From contig CAAFLY010000247.1 in NCBI GenBank assembly GCA_900763885.1, forward strand, positions 383-64,382: 64,000 nucleotides of DNA, in the 5' to 3' direction. Both the position numbers and the translations under genes were made by a program. The DNA is from Clostridia bacterium. GTDB taxonomy: Bacteria; Bacillota; Clostridia; Oscillospirales; CAG-272. Below, in pieces: positions 10,974-20,210 of this stretch (position 1 is its first letter; the number at the start of each line of letters is the position of its first letter). Under the pieces are notes generated by a model. It ran no database searches and was not told the origin of the DNA. It saw only the letters and a list, made by a program, of their open reading frames with translations.

Positions 10974-11912
10974 TCAGTCCACATCCGGGATCACTTCCGG
11001 GCGTTCGTCGAGCTGCCAGGGGTTGCGGAAGATGCTGTGGAGGTATTTGAGGGCGGAGGCGTAGTAATAGCCGTCACAGATGCGCTCATCGGTCACGAAG
11101 GTGTAGTCCATGTACTGTTTTTTCTTGACCACGCCGGAGGAATCCGTTTCGTATACGCGCCGTTTCGCGCCGAACGCGAAGAATACGGGGCACGTGCCGA
11201 AGTCGTAGAGGTGGTGATAGATCGGCGGGATCCCGAGGGAGCCCATCGACGTAATGAAGTACGAGCAGTGGAACGGACTGACCTCGGCGAGGGCTTTGGG
11301 GAGCAGTCCGAAATAATCGAGGAAGCGGAGGAAGGCAATCGTGAATTTGAGAAGGAGCGAAGGAATGGACGAGAGCCAGCGCGCCGTATCGTCAAAGCTG
11401 CTTTCCGGATTGTCGCGATAGGACACAATCTTGTCGTTGAGGGCGTTGTACACATCCTCCAGCGTCGCGTCCGGCAAAAGCGAGATCTTCACCGCGCTGT
11501 CCGGTGCGTCGAGCCGCATCTCCTTCTTGATGACGAGCGACACCTCCACGTGCCGCCGCGTCCATATCCGCTGTCCGCGTATGAATCGGTTGAGCGCGGG
11601 CCGTGCCGCCACAAGCCGGATGTATGCCGCGATCATCACGTGCATCATGCTCAGATTCACCATGCCCGCCTGCTGCTTTTCCTTGATGTACCGCTCCAGC
11701 TTCTCCACATCGGTCGTGTCGTGGATGAAATTCTGCGCGCCCACCCGATTCACCATGATAAACGGGATCATCGCCGTCATCGGCGGTACGCTCTTCACGC
11801 GGCGGAATTCCCGCTCCTTCTTCCGTTTGCGCGGCCGCGGCGCATGGTTCTCCGCGTTCGTCTGCACCTCCCGCGTTTCCTGCGCTTCTGTTTTCATCTG
11901 TTCTTCAGCCAT
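10974..11912 (-). CDS. 2-oxoacid dehydrogenase acyltransferase catalytic-domain protein
   Basis: Track ORF trimmed to ATG 11912 (RBS GAGGGGG). Basic N-terminus, then an E2-like catalytic core with DERICDG (compare DHRxxDG). Confidence 0.55.
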   Translation of the reverse strand: MAEEQMKTEAQETREVQTNAENHAPRPRKRKKEREFRRVKSVPPMTAMIPFIMVNRVGAQNFIHDTTDVEKLERYIKEKQQAGMVNLSMMHVMIAAYIRLVAARPALNRFIRGQRIWTRRHVEVSLVIKKEMRLDAPDSAVKISLLPDATLEDVYNALNDKIVSYRDNPESSFDDTARWLSSIPSLLLKFTIAFLRFLDYFGLLPKALAEVSPFHCSYFITSMGSLGIPPIYHHLYDFGTCPVFFAFGAKRRVYETDSSGVVKKKQYMDYTFVTDERICDGYYYASALKYLHSIFRNPWQLDERPEVIPDVD

Positions 11913-12084
11913 TGTCAGCCACCCCCTCACAAGAATTGGTTCAATTATTTGTATTATATCACATCGCGCACCGAATTGCAACGGCTGTTTTCGATTTCGG
12001 CAGATTTTTATACAACTTTAAGATTTCGTGCCAAATTCAGCCGGAATTCTTGTAACCGCTATCACAGATTTTTGGGAATCCCGC

Positions 12085-12113
12085 TTGCGAAAATCGTGAA
12101 TTTGTGTTATACT
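12085..12113 (+). promoter_or_regulatory. Sigma-A-type promoter (TTGCGA-17-TATACT)
   Basis: TTGCGA 12085-12090, 17-nt spacer, TATACT 12108-12113; about 135-nt leader to the SBP gene. Confidence 0.5.
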
Positions 12114-12250
12114 GTATACAGGGATTTTTGGGGGGACGCTGCTCACGGCTCGCTTTGCGCCAAAGTCATATCCGCGAGCCGCCCATGCAAAAACGAAACC
12201 CCTGCGGCGCGTCCTGAAATAGCCAAAATACAATATTGGAGGGCACCACT

Positions 12251-13747
12251 ATGCGTAAGCACATTCTTTCTCTGCTGCTTGCCGCGATTCTTTCAGCCTC
12301 CTCTCTCGCAGGCTGCGGAAACGGCGATTCGACCAAGACAAACGACAATTCCGGCACGAATACGGACACCACCGCCACGGTGGACACCACGCCTGCCGAA
12401 ACAGAGACGACCCGGGAACAGATCGAGGACAATCTCCCGGACAAGAACTACGGCGGACAGACCTTCACCCTCTTCACACGTGTGAAATACGAGGATTCCT
12501 TCATGCCGGAGGAGCTGACCGGTGAGGGCGTAAACGACGCGCTGTATCAGCGCAACGCCACCGTCTCCGATCGGTTCAACGTGAAGATGCAGTACGTATC
12601 GCAGGTGTGCGAGTGGGGCTCGGAATCCACGAAATGGAACGAGACGCTTGTGAACGGCGTGATGGCGGGCGATAAGGCGTACGATCTGGTGGCAGGCTAC
12701 GCGTCGACGATCCCGGAGGTGGTGACAAAGGGCATTCTCCTCGACTGGAACACGGTGCCGTACATCGACATGAGCCGTCCGTGGTGGAGCGAGCAGGTCA
12801 AGGACGTGTTCACCATCAACGGCAAGATGTTTTTAACGACCGGCGACTACTCCCTCGCGCTGTGGGACAATATGTACGGCTTCTTCTTCAACAAGCAGGT
12901 GGCGGAGGACCACGACGTCGGCGACCTGTACGCCATGGTGCGCGAGGGCAAGTGGACGATGGACAAGCTGCAGGAGTTTTGCAACCTCTGCGTGGTGGAT
13001 CTGAACGGCGACGGCAAGTACGACGCCTCGGACAAGTACGGTCTGGTATCGAGCTGGTCCACGGCGATCGACACGTACCAGATCGCGTGCGATATGCGGA
13101 TCGTGTCCAAGACGGATTCCGGCTCTCTCGCGCTGACGATCAACTCGGAGCGGGCGATGACGATCCTCGAAAAGGTCGTGAAGCTGTACAACGAATCGCA
13201 CGGCGCGTATTCCTACAATGAAAACGGCGATATGTCCACCTATAACACGATGTTCTCGGAAAACCGCGCGCTGTTCTATCCGCAGTATTTCGAGGCAACG
13301 ACGGCGCTGCGCGATATGGAGACGGATTTCGGCGTGCTCCCCTATCCGAAGCTGGACGAGGCGCAGAAAACGTACATCAGCACGTCCCGCGACAACTTTG
13401 ACCTGTTCGTGCTGCCGGTGGATGTGCCGGATATCGAATTCTCCGGTCTCATTACGGAGGCTCTGTCCGCCGAATCGTACCGCCGCGTGATCCCGCAGTA
13501 CTACGATGTGGTGCTGAAGGTGAAGAATTCCCGCGACGAGGAGTCCGCCGAGATGATCGACCTGATCCGCGACACGCTCTCCTTCGACCTCGGCTACCTC
13601 TGCTCGACCTCCCTGAACGGCGTGGGCCACATCTTCGTGGGTCTTGTCCGTGACGGCAAAACGGATCTCGTCTCCAAGTACACCTCCATCGAACCGAAGG
13701 CGCAGACCAAGCTCGACGATATGCTTGCGGCGTATGGGATAGAGTGA
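12251..13747 (+). CDS. ABC-transporter extracellular solute-binding lipoprotein (sugar type, family 1)
   Basis: Start at ATG 12251 behind GGAGGG. Lipobox LAGC, low-complexity T/D linker, SBP fold motifs; paralog of the four SBPs at 29197-37027. Confidence 0.8.
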   Translation: MRKHILSLLLAAILSASSLAGCGNGDSTKTNDNSGTNTDTTATVDTTPAETETTREQIEDNLPDKNYGGQTFTLFTRVKYEDSFMPEELTGEGVNDALYQRNATVSDRFNVKMQYVSQVCEWGSESTKWNETLVNGVMAGDKAYDLVAGYASTIPEVVTKGILLDWNTVPYIDMSRPWWSEQVKDVFTINGKMFLTTGDYSLALWDNMYGFFFNKQVAEDHDVGDLYAMVREGKWTMDKLQEFCNLCVVDLNGDGKYDASDKYGLVSSWSTAIDTYQIACDMRIVSKTDSGSLALTINSERAMTILEKVVKLYNESHGAYSYNENGDMSTYNTMFSENRALFYPQYFEATTALRDMETDFGVLPYPKLDEAQKTYISTSRDNFDLFVLPVDVPDIEFSGLITEALSAESYRRVIPQYYDVVLKVKNSRDEESAEMIDLIRDTLSFDLGYLCSTSLNGVGHIFVGLVRDGKTDLVSKYTSIEPKAQTKLDDMLAAYGIE

Positions 13748-13802
13748 GAACGCGGGGAAATGCGGTTATTGGCGCGGTACCCCTACAAAAAATTATAACT
13801 GC

Positions 13803-13832
13803 AAAAAAGGGCGCGGTAGACGCGTCCTTTTT
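13803..13832. terminator. Bidirectional intrinsic terminator
   Basis: AAAAAA-GGGCGCG-gtaga-CGCGTCC-TTTTT between convergent genes. Confidence 0.7.
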
Positions 13833-13854
13833 CTATGGGATGAAGCGCGGGCCC

Positions 13855-14577
13855 TCACCGGAACATGGTTTTCACCAGCTCATCGGCGAAGAGCCAGTGC
13901 AGCTCTCTTGTGGGGTGATTGAGGGAGTTTGCCAGCAGCTCCGTGGTATCCACACCCGCTTTTTCCATGGTCTGCCACATCCGGTACACGTCGCAGAGGG
14001 GGGTATCGGTTTCGCGGGCGACGGCTCTGGCGGCATCCATATAGGCGTCAAGCGTGCCGTTTTCCATGATTTCCGCGAACTGCTCTGCCAGATGGACGAA
14101 GAAGGGATCGCGGCAATGGGGGCTGGTATGGTAGCACATGGTGTTGGGGGTCATGAGGATGATTTCGCTGTCTGCCGAGCGCAGCTTTTCGATAATAGCG
14201 GTCAGGCTGTCGTGATAGCGGGTCAAGCCGTCCATTCCGCCGCAGGAATCGTTGAGTCCGAAGCAGACGACGGTGAGATCGGGGTGATACGGCAGCACAT
14301 CGCGCTCGAGGCGGGACAGGCCGCCTGTGGCGTTATCCCCGCTGATGCCTGCGCCGATCACATTGATCTGGGTGCGCGGGAAGAGGGTATGGAGGATCGT
14401 TTTGACCTTATGGGAGTAGCTGTTTTCGGCTTCAAAGACGGTATCAAGGCCGTTTTCGCCGACGCGGTAGACCTCGAAGCAGCCGTGTGTGACGCTGTCG
14501 CCGAGGAACGCGATGGTCACGGGTGGTTTGCCGTACATATCGTGTTCCTTTGCCGCCAATTTTTCGATGATTTTCAT
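13855..14577 (-). CDS. SGNH/GDSL-family hydrolase
   Basis: 240 aa; block I FLGDSVTHG, block III GLND, block V LNHPT. Confidence 0.8.
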   Translation of the reverse strand: MKIIEKLAAKEHDMYGKPPVTIAFLGDSVTHGCFEVYRVGENGLDTVFEAENSYSHKVKTILHTLFPRTQINVIGAGISGDNATGGLSRLERDVLPYHPDLTVVCFGLNDSCGGMDGLTRYHDSLTAIIEKLRSADSEIILMTPNTMCYHTSPHCRDPFFVHLAEQFAEIMENGTLDAYMDAARAVARETDTPLCDVYRMWQTMEKAGVDTTELLANSLNHPTRELHWLFADELVKTMFR

Positions 14578-14614
14578 ATGCGTATACCTCGCAGTCGGAT
14601 TTTGTTCTGTTTTG

Positions 14615-15238
14615 TTATGTGTTTTTATTGCCGTCGCTTCCGATGAGGATCTGCAGGATGGTGGCGGCGAGGAAGAGCATCCACGTCAGGTGCCAATGGC
14701 CGAACGTGAAGCTGACGAGGAAATAGAGGATGACGGTTGCCAGCCAGAGCAGGGCGCTCCAGCTGTCCTTTTGCTTTCCGAGCGGCACACCGTGGTTGTA
14801 TTTCAAGAGCATATTGAGCAAAATCGAGCCCATGGAGCTGCCGATGAAGAGGAGCCACGTGAGGTGCCAATGGCCGAACCGGAAGCTGATGAGGAAGTAG
14901 AGCATGGTGGTGAGGAGCCACTGGATCGACTCGACATTCCCGCGCAGCTTTTTCATCCATTTATAGAATTTTCCCCGTTCGCGACGATCGGCTTCCTCGG
15001 CTTTTTCCCGTCCGGTAAGCGGCAGCTTTTCGAGGACGACGCGCATCCGTTCGACGTCCTTGAGCAGAGTCTGATACGCCTCCAGCTCCGTCATACCGGA
15101 TTCGATCATATTGTCAAAGTCCTCGCTCATCTCCTCGACGGTATCGACCTTAGGCGCGTATGCCGCGGAGACGTTATCGAACTCCTCATACAGCTTGCCG
15201 ATCTCTTTTTTGAGCTGTTTTTTCATACTATCTGCCAT
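14615..15238 (-). CDS. Membrane protein with an N-terminal helical domain and two duplicated FGHWHLTW transmembrane modules
   Basis: 207 aa; soluble coiled N-terminus, then two similar TM hairpins (MLYFLISFRFGHWHLTWLLF and ILYFLVSFTFGHWHLTWMLF). Confidence 0.6.
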   Translation of the reverse strand: MADSMKKQLKKEIGKLYEEFDNVSAAYAPKVDTVEEMSEDFDNMIESGMTELEAYQTLLKDVERMRVVLEKLPLTGREKAEEADRRERGKFYKWMKKLRGNVESIQWLLTTMLYFLISFRFGHWHLTWLLFIGSSMGSILLNMLLKYNHGVPLGKQKDSWSALLWLATVILYFLVSFTFGHWHLTWMLFLAATILQILIGSDGNKNT

Positions 15239-15330
15239 ACACGAACCGTCCCCTCAGAGCACTGATCTATATGGATATTATACACGATTCCGGCGGAAAA
15301 TGCAAGTTAAAAAACGCTATAGGGCACCGG

Positions 15331-15367
15331 AAAAGCAAAACGCCCGCGGAATTTCTCCCGCAGGCGC
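15331..15367 (-). terminator. Intrinsic terminator after the MBL hydrolase gene
   Basis: Minus strand: CGCCTGCGG-gagaaatt-CCGCGGGCG followed by TTTTGCTTTT. Confidence 0.65.
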
Positions 15368-15383
15368 GTATGGCATTGGAGGT

Positions 15384-16121
15384 TTACAGCGCGGTGGTCC
15401 AGTCGTCCGTTGCGGCGTCGACCGGGGTAGGTGCTATGGCTTCGGCAAGGGCGCAGATGGTGGGGTACAGGCGGGGCTGATAGTGGTTGATGACGACGTG
15501 CCGCGGCGGATTTTCGGCAAAGAGCGGCGCGTATTCCGTGGCGGGAAAATGTGCGCTTTCGCAGATGGCGAGGTCCAGACCGTCGGCGAGCGTCTGGAGC
15601 GGGAAGTCGTCCGCCGGTCCCTTATGGGACAGATCGCCGGTGAACAGGACGCGCTTGCCCTCTGCTTCGACGAGATACGCGTAGGATGTGCGGCAATGCT
15701 TGGTCCGGAACGCGGTCACGGTGAGCCGTCCGTCGTCATAGATCACGCCGTCGTGGGTGATTTCGCAGCGGATCTCCTCGCGCAGGCTGGTGCCGTTTGC
15801 CGCGAGCCATCCGGACAGGGCGGGGATTGCCTCCTCCTCGGGCAGAAACACGGTGGGATTGGCGTTCTTGAAGTACCAGCTGCACAGATCGACGAAGTGG
15901 GGCAGACCGTTCGTATGGTCGCCGTGCATATGGGTGATGAAGATGGCGCGCGCGGACTCCACGGGGATTCCCGCGGTGCGCATCCAATCGATCGCCATTA
16001 CGCCCATATCGACAAAGTACCGCACGGCGTCCTGACCTGCGCCCAGGGTGATCATGGCACACGAGCACTTCCGATGTGCTTCCGGCACGCCATGGCTTGC
16101 TCCTAAAAATGTGATTCTCAT
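15384..16121 (-). CDS. MBL-fold metallo-hydrolase
   Basis: Start trimmed to ATG 16121 (MRITFLGASHG). HMHGDH motif. The longer track ORF N-terminus is translation of the repeat element. Confidence 0.8.
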   Translation of the reverse strand: MRITFLGASHGVPEAHRKCSCAMITLGAGQDAVRYFVDMGVMAIDWMRTAGIPVESARAIFITHMHGDHTNGLPHFVDLCSWYFKNANPTVFLPEEEAIPALSGWLAANGTSLREEIRCEITHDGVIYDDGRLTVTAFRTKHCRTSYAYLVEAEGKRVLFTGDLSHKGPADDFPLQTLADGLDLAICESAHFPATEYAPLFAENPPRHVVINHYQPRLYPTICALAEAIAPTPVDAATDDWTTAL

Positions 16122-16148
16122 AATTCTCGCCTTTCTTATATATAGGAT

Positions 16149-16252
16149 GGGGAACGAGGGGGAGACGGGGGGAGACGGGGGTACGCGGCTTTTGAAAAAG
16201 CCTGGCAAAACTTTTATGAAAAGGGGGATGGAATATAGTTTGTGCGAGTCTT
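16149..16252 (+). repeat. Solo arm of the G-tract-capped element
   Basis: GGGGaacgaGGGGGagacGGGGGGagacGGGGG (16149-16181), palindrome GGCTTTTGAAAAAGCC (16187-16202), GGCAAAACTTTTAT, GGGGGATGGAATATAGTTTGTGCGAGTC. Confidence 0.8.
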
Positions 16253-16272
16253 ATAGTGCAGTATTTTCCGGG

Positions 16273-17040
16273 TCACTGTGGATCCCGATCCGCTACGCTT
16301 TCGGCGATTTGCAGGATCTCTGCGTCGGTCACCGCGCCGTCCTCTACGTGAAGGCTATAGGCGTACATGCCGTCGTCCCAATACACGGAGCGGACGGAGC
16401 CCCAATCGGGGTCATAGGTGATGAAGATGCCGGGGCGGCCGCCTATGGTACAGTCCTCGATGGTGCAATGCTCGTTATTGACCGCGGTCAGCCCGTCCAA
16501 GGTCATCTGGTGATAGCCGATGATCTGTCCGGCGTCTGCGGCAGCGTCCACGTCGTCGCCCTTATAGTAGTCGACCACATACATCCCGATGCTTTCTATA
16601 CAGACGTCCGCGCCGGTATAGCCATCGGGGAGATAGGTGGGTACGCGGACCTTTTCGAGGATTTCCGGCGCGTCCTTGGGGATCTCATGGTTCAGCTCCA
16701 TATGGTTATCGAACCACGTGACCATCGACCGCCAGAGCTTCTCGCGGACGGCGGAAATGGACAAGGTCAGGCAGATGGCGACGGCAAAACAGGCGCACGC
16801 GGCGGAGAACCAGCGGATGCGGCTCCTACGGCGGCGGTTTTTCTCCCGTTTTTTCTCCTCCGCGGCGAAGAGCTCCCGGATCCGGTCGTTATGCCGTTCG
16901 GAAAACACGTGCTCATCAGGGGCAGACGCAGCCTCCGTATTCTCGTGCTGTATGGCGGCGCGGCGGATGGCGTCGTCCAGGGAGAGCTTTGATGTGTCCC
17001 CCTGCCCATGGGGTTTTGGCAAGATGGTATGACAGATCAT
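16273..17040 (-). CDS. Putative anti-sigma factor (single TM, DUF4367-like C-terminal domain)
   Basis: 255 aa; start overlaps the sigma-factor stop (ATGA); one TM (WFSAACACFAVAICLTLSI); extracytoplasmic beta-rich domain. Confidence 0.55.
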   Translation of the reverse strand: MICHTILPKPHGQGDTSKLSLDDAIRRAAIQHENTEAASAPDEHVFSERHNDRIRELFAAEEKKREKNRRRRSRIRWFSAACACFAVAICLTLSISAVREKLWRSMVTWFDNHMELNHEIPKDAPEILEKVRVPTYLPDGYTGADVCIESIGMYVVDYYKGDDVDAAADAGQIIGYHQMTLDGLTAVNNEHCTIEDCTIGGRPGIFITYDPDWGSVRSVYWDDGMYAYSLHVEDGAVTDAEILQIAESVADRDPQ

Positions 17041-17588
17041 TGTATGGTCTCCTTTCGCGTCGTGAGGCAGGTATACAGTGCCTTTTTCCCGCGCAGCAGC
17101 CGGGTACGGACCGTCACCTCGTGGATATCAAGTGCCTGTGCGATTGCGGCGACGGACATATCGTGTGCGTACCGGAGAAGAATGACCTCGCGAAAATCGG
17201 GCTTGATCCGATCGATGGCGCGGCGCAGCTCCTCCACGTTCTCCGCGGCGACGACGGCATCCTCCGGCAGCGGTGTGGGATCCGGCACATCGGGCGCGTC
17301 CTCCAACGGGGTATCGGGCTTCCGGCGGCGCAGAATGTCGATGGCGGCATGGCGGGTATAGATGCACAGGAGGGCTTCATTCCGATCGCGATGGGGCAAA
17401 TCGGCGGTATCCTCCTCCAGCGGTTCGGTGAACTGCCCGATATGGCGGAGCATACGGACCACGGCATCGGCTACGGCGTCCTCGGCATCGGCTTCGCGGT
17501 GCAGGATCCCGAACGCCACGGCATACATTTTCTGGCGGTACCGCGTATAGAGCAGCGCGGCAAGGTCTGTAGAATGTAGAGTAGGCAC
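17037..17588 (-). CDS. RNA polymerase sigma-70 family (ECF-like) sigma factor
   Basis: Last 183 codons of track ORF 17037..18671. GTG start at 17588 behind AAAGGAG. Region 2 (YTRYRQKMYAVAFGIL) and region 4 HTH (MSVAAIAQALDIHEVTVRTRLLRGKK). Confidence 0.8.
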   Translation of the reverse strand: MPTLHSTDLAALLYTRYRQKMYAVAFGILHREADAEDAVADAVVRMLRHIGQFTEPLEEDTADLPHRDRNEALLCIYTRHAAIDILRRRKPDTPLEDAPDVPDPTPLPEDAVVAAENVEELRRAIDRIKPDFREVILLRYAHDMSVAAIAQALDIHEVTVRTRLLRGKKALYTCLTTRKETIQ

Positions 17589-17849
17589 AGTTGCTCCTTT
17601 CGGGATCCTCCATAAGCTATACGTCCGGCGAACAGAAATGTTCCCATACAAACAGAAAAATGAGGATTCTTTTTGAAATTTCGGCGTGTATCGTCCCGTC
17701 GCGCCTTGCGTTTCCGGCGGATCCGTGTTATAATAGGGGCAGAGGCTCCCACACCGGAAAAACGCGGGGGAGCGGACACGGCAGACCGGGCAGTGCGGAC
17801 ACAACGGAGCGCGGGACGGTCGGTTTTTATCACAAAGGGGAGAGTTAGA

Positions 17850-18605
17850 ATGAAAATTGCCATCATCACAGGCGCATCGGCGGGACTCGGGAAGGAATTT
17901 CTCCGGCAGGCACCCGCGATGTTCCCGGAAATTGACGAATACTGGCTGATCGCGCGTCGGAAGGAAAAGCTGCTCGAGGCGGCGACGCTTGTGAAGAAGC
18001 AGTGCCGGATCTTCCCGCTCGATCTGACGGAGGACGCGAGCTACAGGCGGCTGGAGGAGGAGCTGGCGTCGGTTCGGCCGGAGGTCGCGCTGCTTGTGAA
18101 CAATTCCGGCTGCGGCTATCTCGGCAACGTCGGCGAGGGAGAGCTTGTCCATCAAACGACGATGGTGGAGCTGAACATCAAGGGGCTGACGGCGGTGACG
18201 CATATCGTGCTGCCGTACATGGGCAAGGGGGACCGGATCATCAACGTATCGTCGATCGCGTCGTTCTGCCCGAATCCGCGCATGACGGTCTACAGCGCGA
18301 GCAAGGCATACGTATCGGCGTTCACCTACGGCATCGGCTATGAGCTGCAGTCGCGCGGGATCACGGCAACGGCGGTCTGCCCGGGACCAATGGACACGGA
18401 TTTCATCTATCTCGGCGAGATCAAGGGCAACTCGAAAACCTTCGACACACTGCCCTACTGCGACCCGGCGGAGGTAGTACGCGGCGCATACAGGGCGGCA
18501 AAGGCAGGCAAAGCAAGCTACACCCCCAAGGCCTTCTACCGCTTCTATCGCTTCCTCGCCAAGCTCCTGCCCGTCCGTCTGGTGATGAAGATGGCGAAAA
18601 CCTGA
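17850..18605 (+). CDS. Short-chain dehydrogenase/reductase (SDR)
   Basis: Start ATG 17850 (MKIAIITGASAGLGKEF = TGxxxGxG); NNSG; catalytic YSASKAY. Confidence 0.85.
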   Translation: MKIAIITGASAGLGKEFLRQAPAMFPEIDEYWLIARRKEKLLEAATLVKKQCRIFPLDLTEDASYRRLEEELASVRPEVALLVNNSGCGYLGNVGEGELVHQTTMVELNIKGLTAVTHIVLPYMGKGDRIINVSSIASFCPNPRMTVYSASKAYVSAFTYGIGYELQSRGITATAVCPGPMDTDFIYLGEIKGNSKTFDTLPYCDPAEVVRGAYRAAKAGKASYTPKAFYRFYRFLAKLLPVRLVMKMAKT

Positions 18606-18697
18606 GAGAAGGGCTGCTTTACAGTCGATTCCCGCGCCAAAAAGCCATCCGTTCATGCTTTTTCCGCACAAAATCCGCTCGATTCTCCATAAACCCT

Positions 18698-18739
18698 GCG
18701 AGGGAGCCTTTTTCCGAGAAAGGTTTCCCTCGCGTTTTT
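18698..18739 (+). terminator. Intrinsic terminator after the SDR gene
   Basis: GCGAGGGAGCC-loop-GGTTTCCCTCGC followed by GTTTTT. Confidence 0.65.
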
Positions 18740-18923
18740 ATCGGGAAAAGCTGACTTAGGGTTGATTTTTGGGAAAAAACATATAGGCAGGCTTTTCCGC
18801 GCAAAATCTCGATTTTTGCAGCACATCCTCGCAAAAATCCGATTGATTCAGAGGTTCCTTAGGGTTGCTGCATGCAGCGCATCCATAGAGAATCGCCGTC
18901 GTCCGTGCGCTGCAGGCGTTTTT

Positions 18924-20210
18924 TTATATCTTCAGCAGGAAATTCTTTTTCTCCCTGTCCTTTTCGCTTTCCTCCTCCGGGTCGGGATCGGGAAGCTTTT
19001 GGACGGTGATCTTTGTCGCACGGTGGTTGACCGTTTCGGATACGGTGAATGCCCAGTTCTCGTAGGTGAACCGATCGCCGTCGTCCGGGATCTTCCCAAG
19101 CCGCTCCGCCACAAAGCCCGACATGGTGACCGCCTCGGAGTCCTCCGGCTTCGGACAGCCCGTTTCGTCCAGGAAATCCGCCACCGCGCTGTCGCCGTCC
19201 ACCTGCCACGTATCGTCGGAGAGCCTGCGGATCGGCTCGATCACCTCGTCGTGCTCGTCCCAGATGTCGCCCACCAGCTCCTCCAGTATGTCCTCCATCG
19301 ATACGATCCCCACTGTGCCGCCCAGCTCGTCAAGCACCACGGCAAAGTGCGATTTTTCCTTCTGCATCGTCTGCAAAAGGGATCCGATCTGCTCCGTTTC
19401 CAGTACAAAGACCGGGCGCGTCATGATCTCGCGGATCGGCTTGTCCGTGATCCCCTCCGGCGTGTAGAAATCCTTCTGGTGGAGCACGCCGACGATGTGG
19501 TCGATGTCCTCCTCATACACCGGCAGACGGGAGAAGCGCGATTCGGCAAACGCTTTGGCGATCTCCGTCTTCGGCTCGTCCACCTCCACCGCGGTCAGAT
19601 CCACCCGGTGCGTCAGGATGTCCTTCGCCTCCCGGTCCGAGAACGCCAGGGCGTTGTGCAAGAGATCCCCCTCGCTCTCGTCGATCCCGCCGTCCTTGCG
19701 CGCCTCCTCCACAAGGATCTTCAGCTCCTCCTGCGACATACCGCCGTTGTCCGCGGGCTTGAACAGCCGGTTGATCAGCCGCTTCCACAGAGAGAAGATC
19801 GCGTTGAGCGGGGCAAGCAGGAGCATGAGAAAGCGGATGAGCGGTGCGGAAAACATCGCAAAGCTCTCCGGACGGTCCTTCGCTATGCTCTTCGGCGTGA
19901 TCTCCCCAAAGATGAGCACCACCACCGTGATGACCGCCGTAGACACCGTCGCGCCCTTGTCCCCAAGCATATGGACAAACAAAACCGTCGCTATGGAGCT
20001 GGCGGAAATGTTGACAATGTTGTTCCCGATGAGGATCGTCGAGAGCAGCCGGTCGTATTTCTCGGCAAGCGTCAGGGCAAGCGCGGCTTTTTTGTTGCCG
20101 TCGTCCGCCATCGATTTGAGTCGGGTCTTGGAGCACGTCGAGAACGCCGTCTCCGTCGCGGAAAAGTACGCCGACATAGCAATTAAGAATACAAGAATGA
20201 ATATGGACAT
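18924..20210 (-). CDS. CNNM/DUF21-CBS-CorC family (hemolysin-type) divalent-cation transport protein
   Basis: 428 aa; N-terminal DUF21 TM domain (YFSATETAF), CBS pair, C-terminal CorC_HlyC domain. Confidence 0.85.
   Translation of the reverse strand: MSIFILVFLIAMSAYFSATETAFSTCSKTRLKSMADDGNKKAALALTLAEKYDRLLSTILIGNNIVNISASSIATVLFVHMLGDKGATVSTAVITVVVLIFGEITPKSIAKDRPESFAMFSAPLIRFLMLLLAPLNAIFSLWKRLINRLFKPADNGGMSQEELKILVEEARKDGGIDESEGDLLHNALAFSDREAKDILTHRVDLTAVEVDEPKTEIAKAFAESRFSRLPVYEEDIDHIVGVLHQKDFYTPEGITDKPIREIMTRPVFVLETEQIGSLLQTMQKEKSHFAVVLDELGGTVGIVSMEDILEELVGDIWDEHDEVIEPIRRLSDDTWQVDGDSAVADFLDETGCPKPEDSEAVTMSGFVAERLGKIPDDGDRFTYENWAFTVSETVNHRATKITVQKLPDPDPEEESEKDREKKNFLLKI

Noticed and set aside
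17589-18671. N-terminal 360 codons of the 544-aa ORF containing the sigma factor
   Set aside because: This part is antisense to the SDR gene with junk composition. The sigma-70 regions begin right after the GTG at 17588, which has a good RBS.
18606-18923. Direct repeats of the CGCAAAATC/GATTTTTGGG type between the SDR and CNNM genes, and weak similarity to 49140-49220
   Set aside because: The matches are only 8-12 nt and A/T-rich. This is consistent with generic promoter or UP-like sequence rather than a repeat family.
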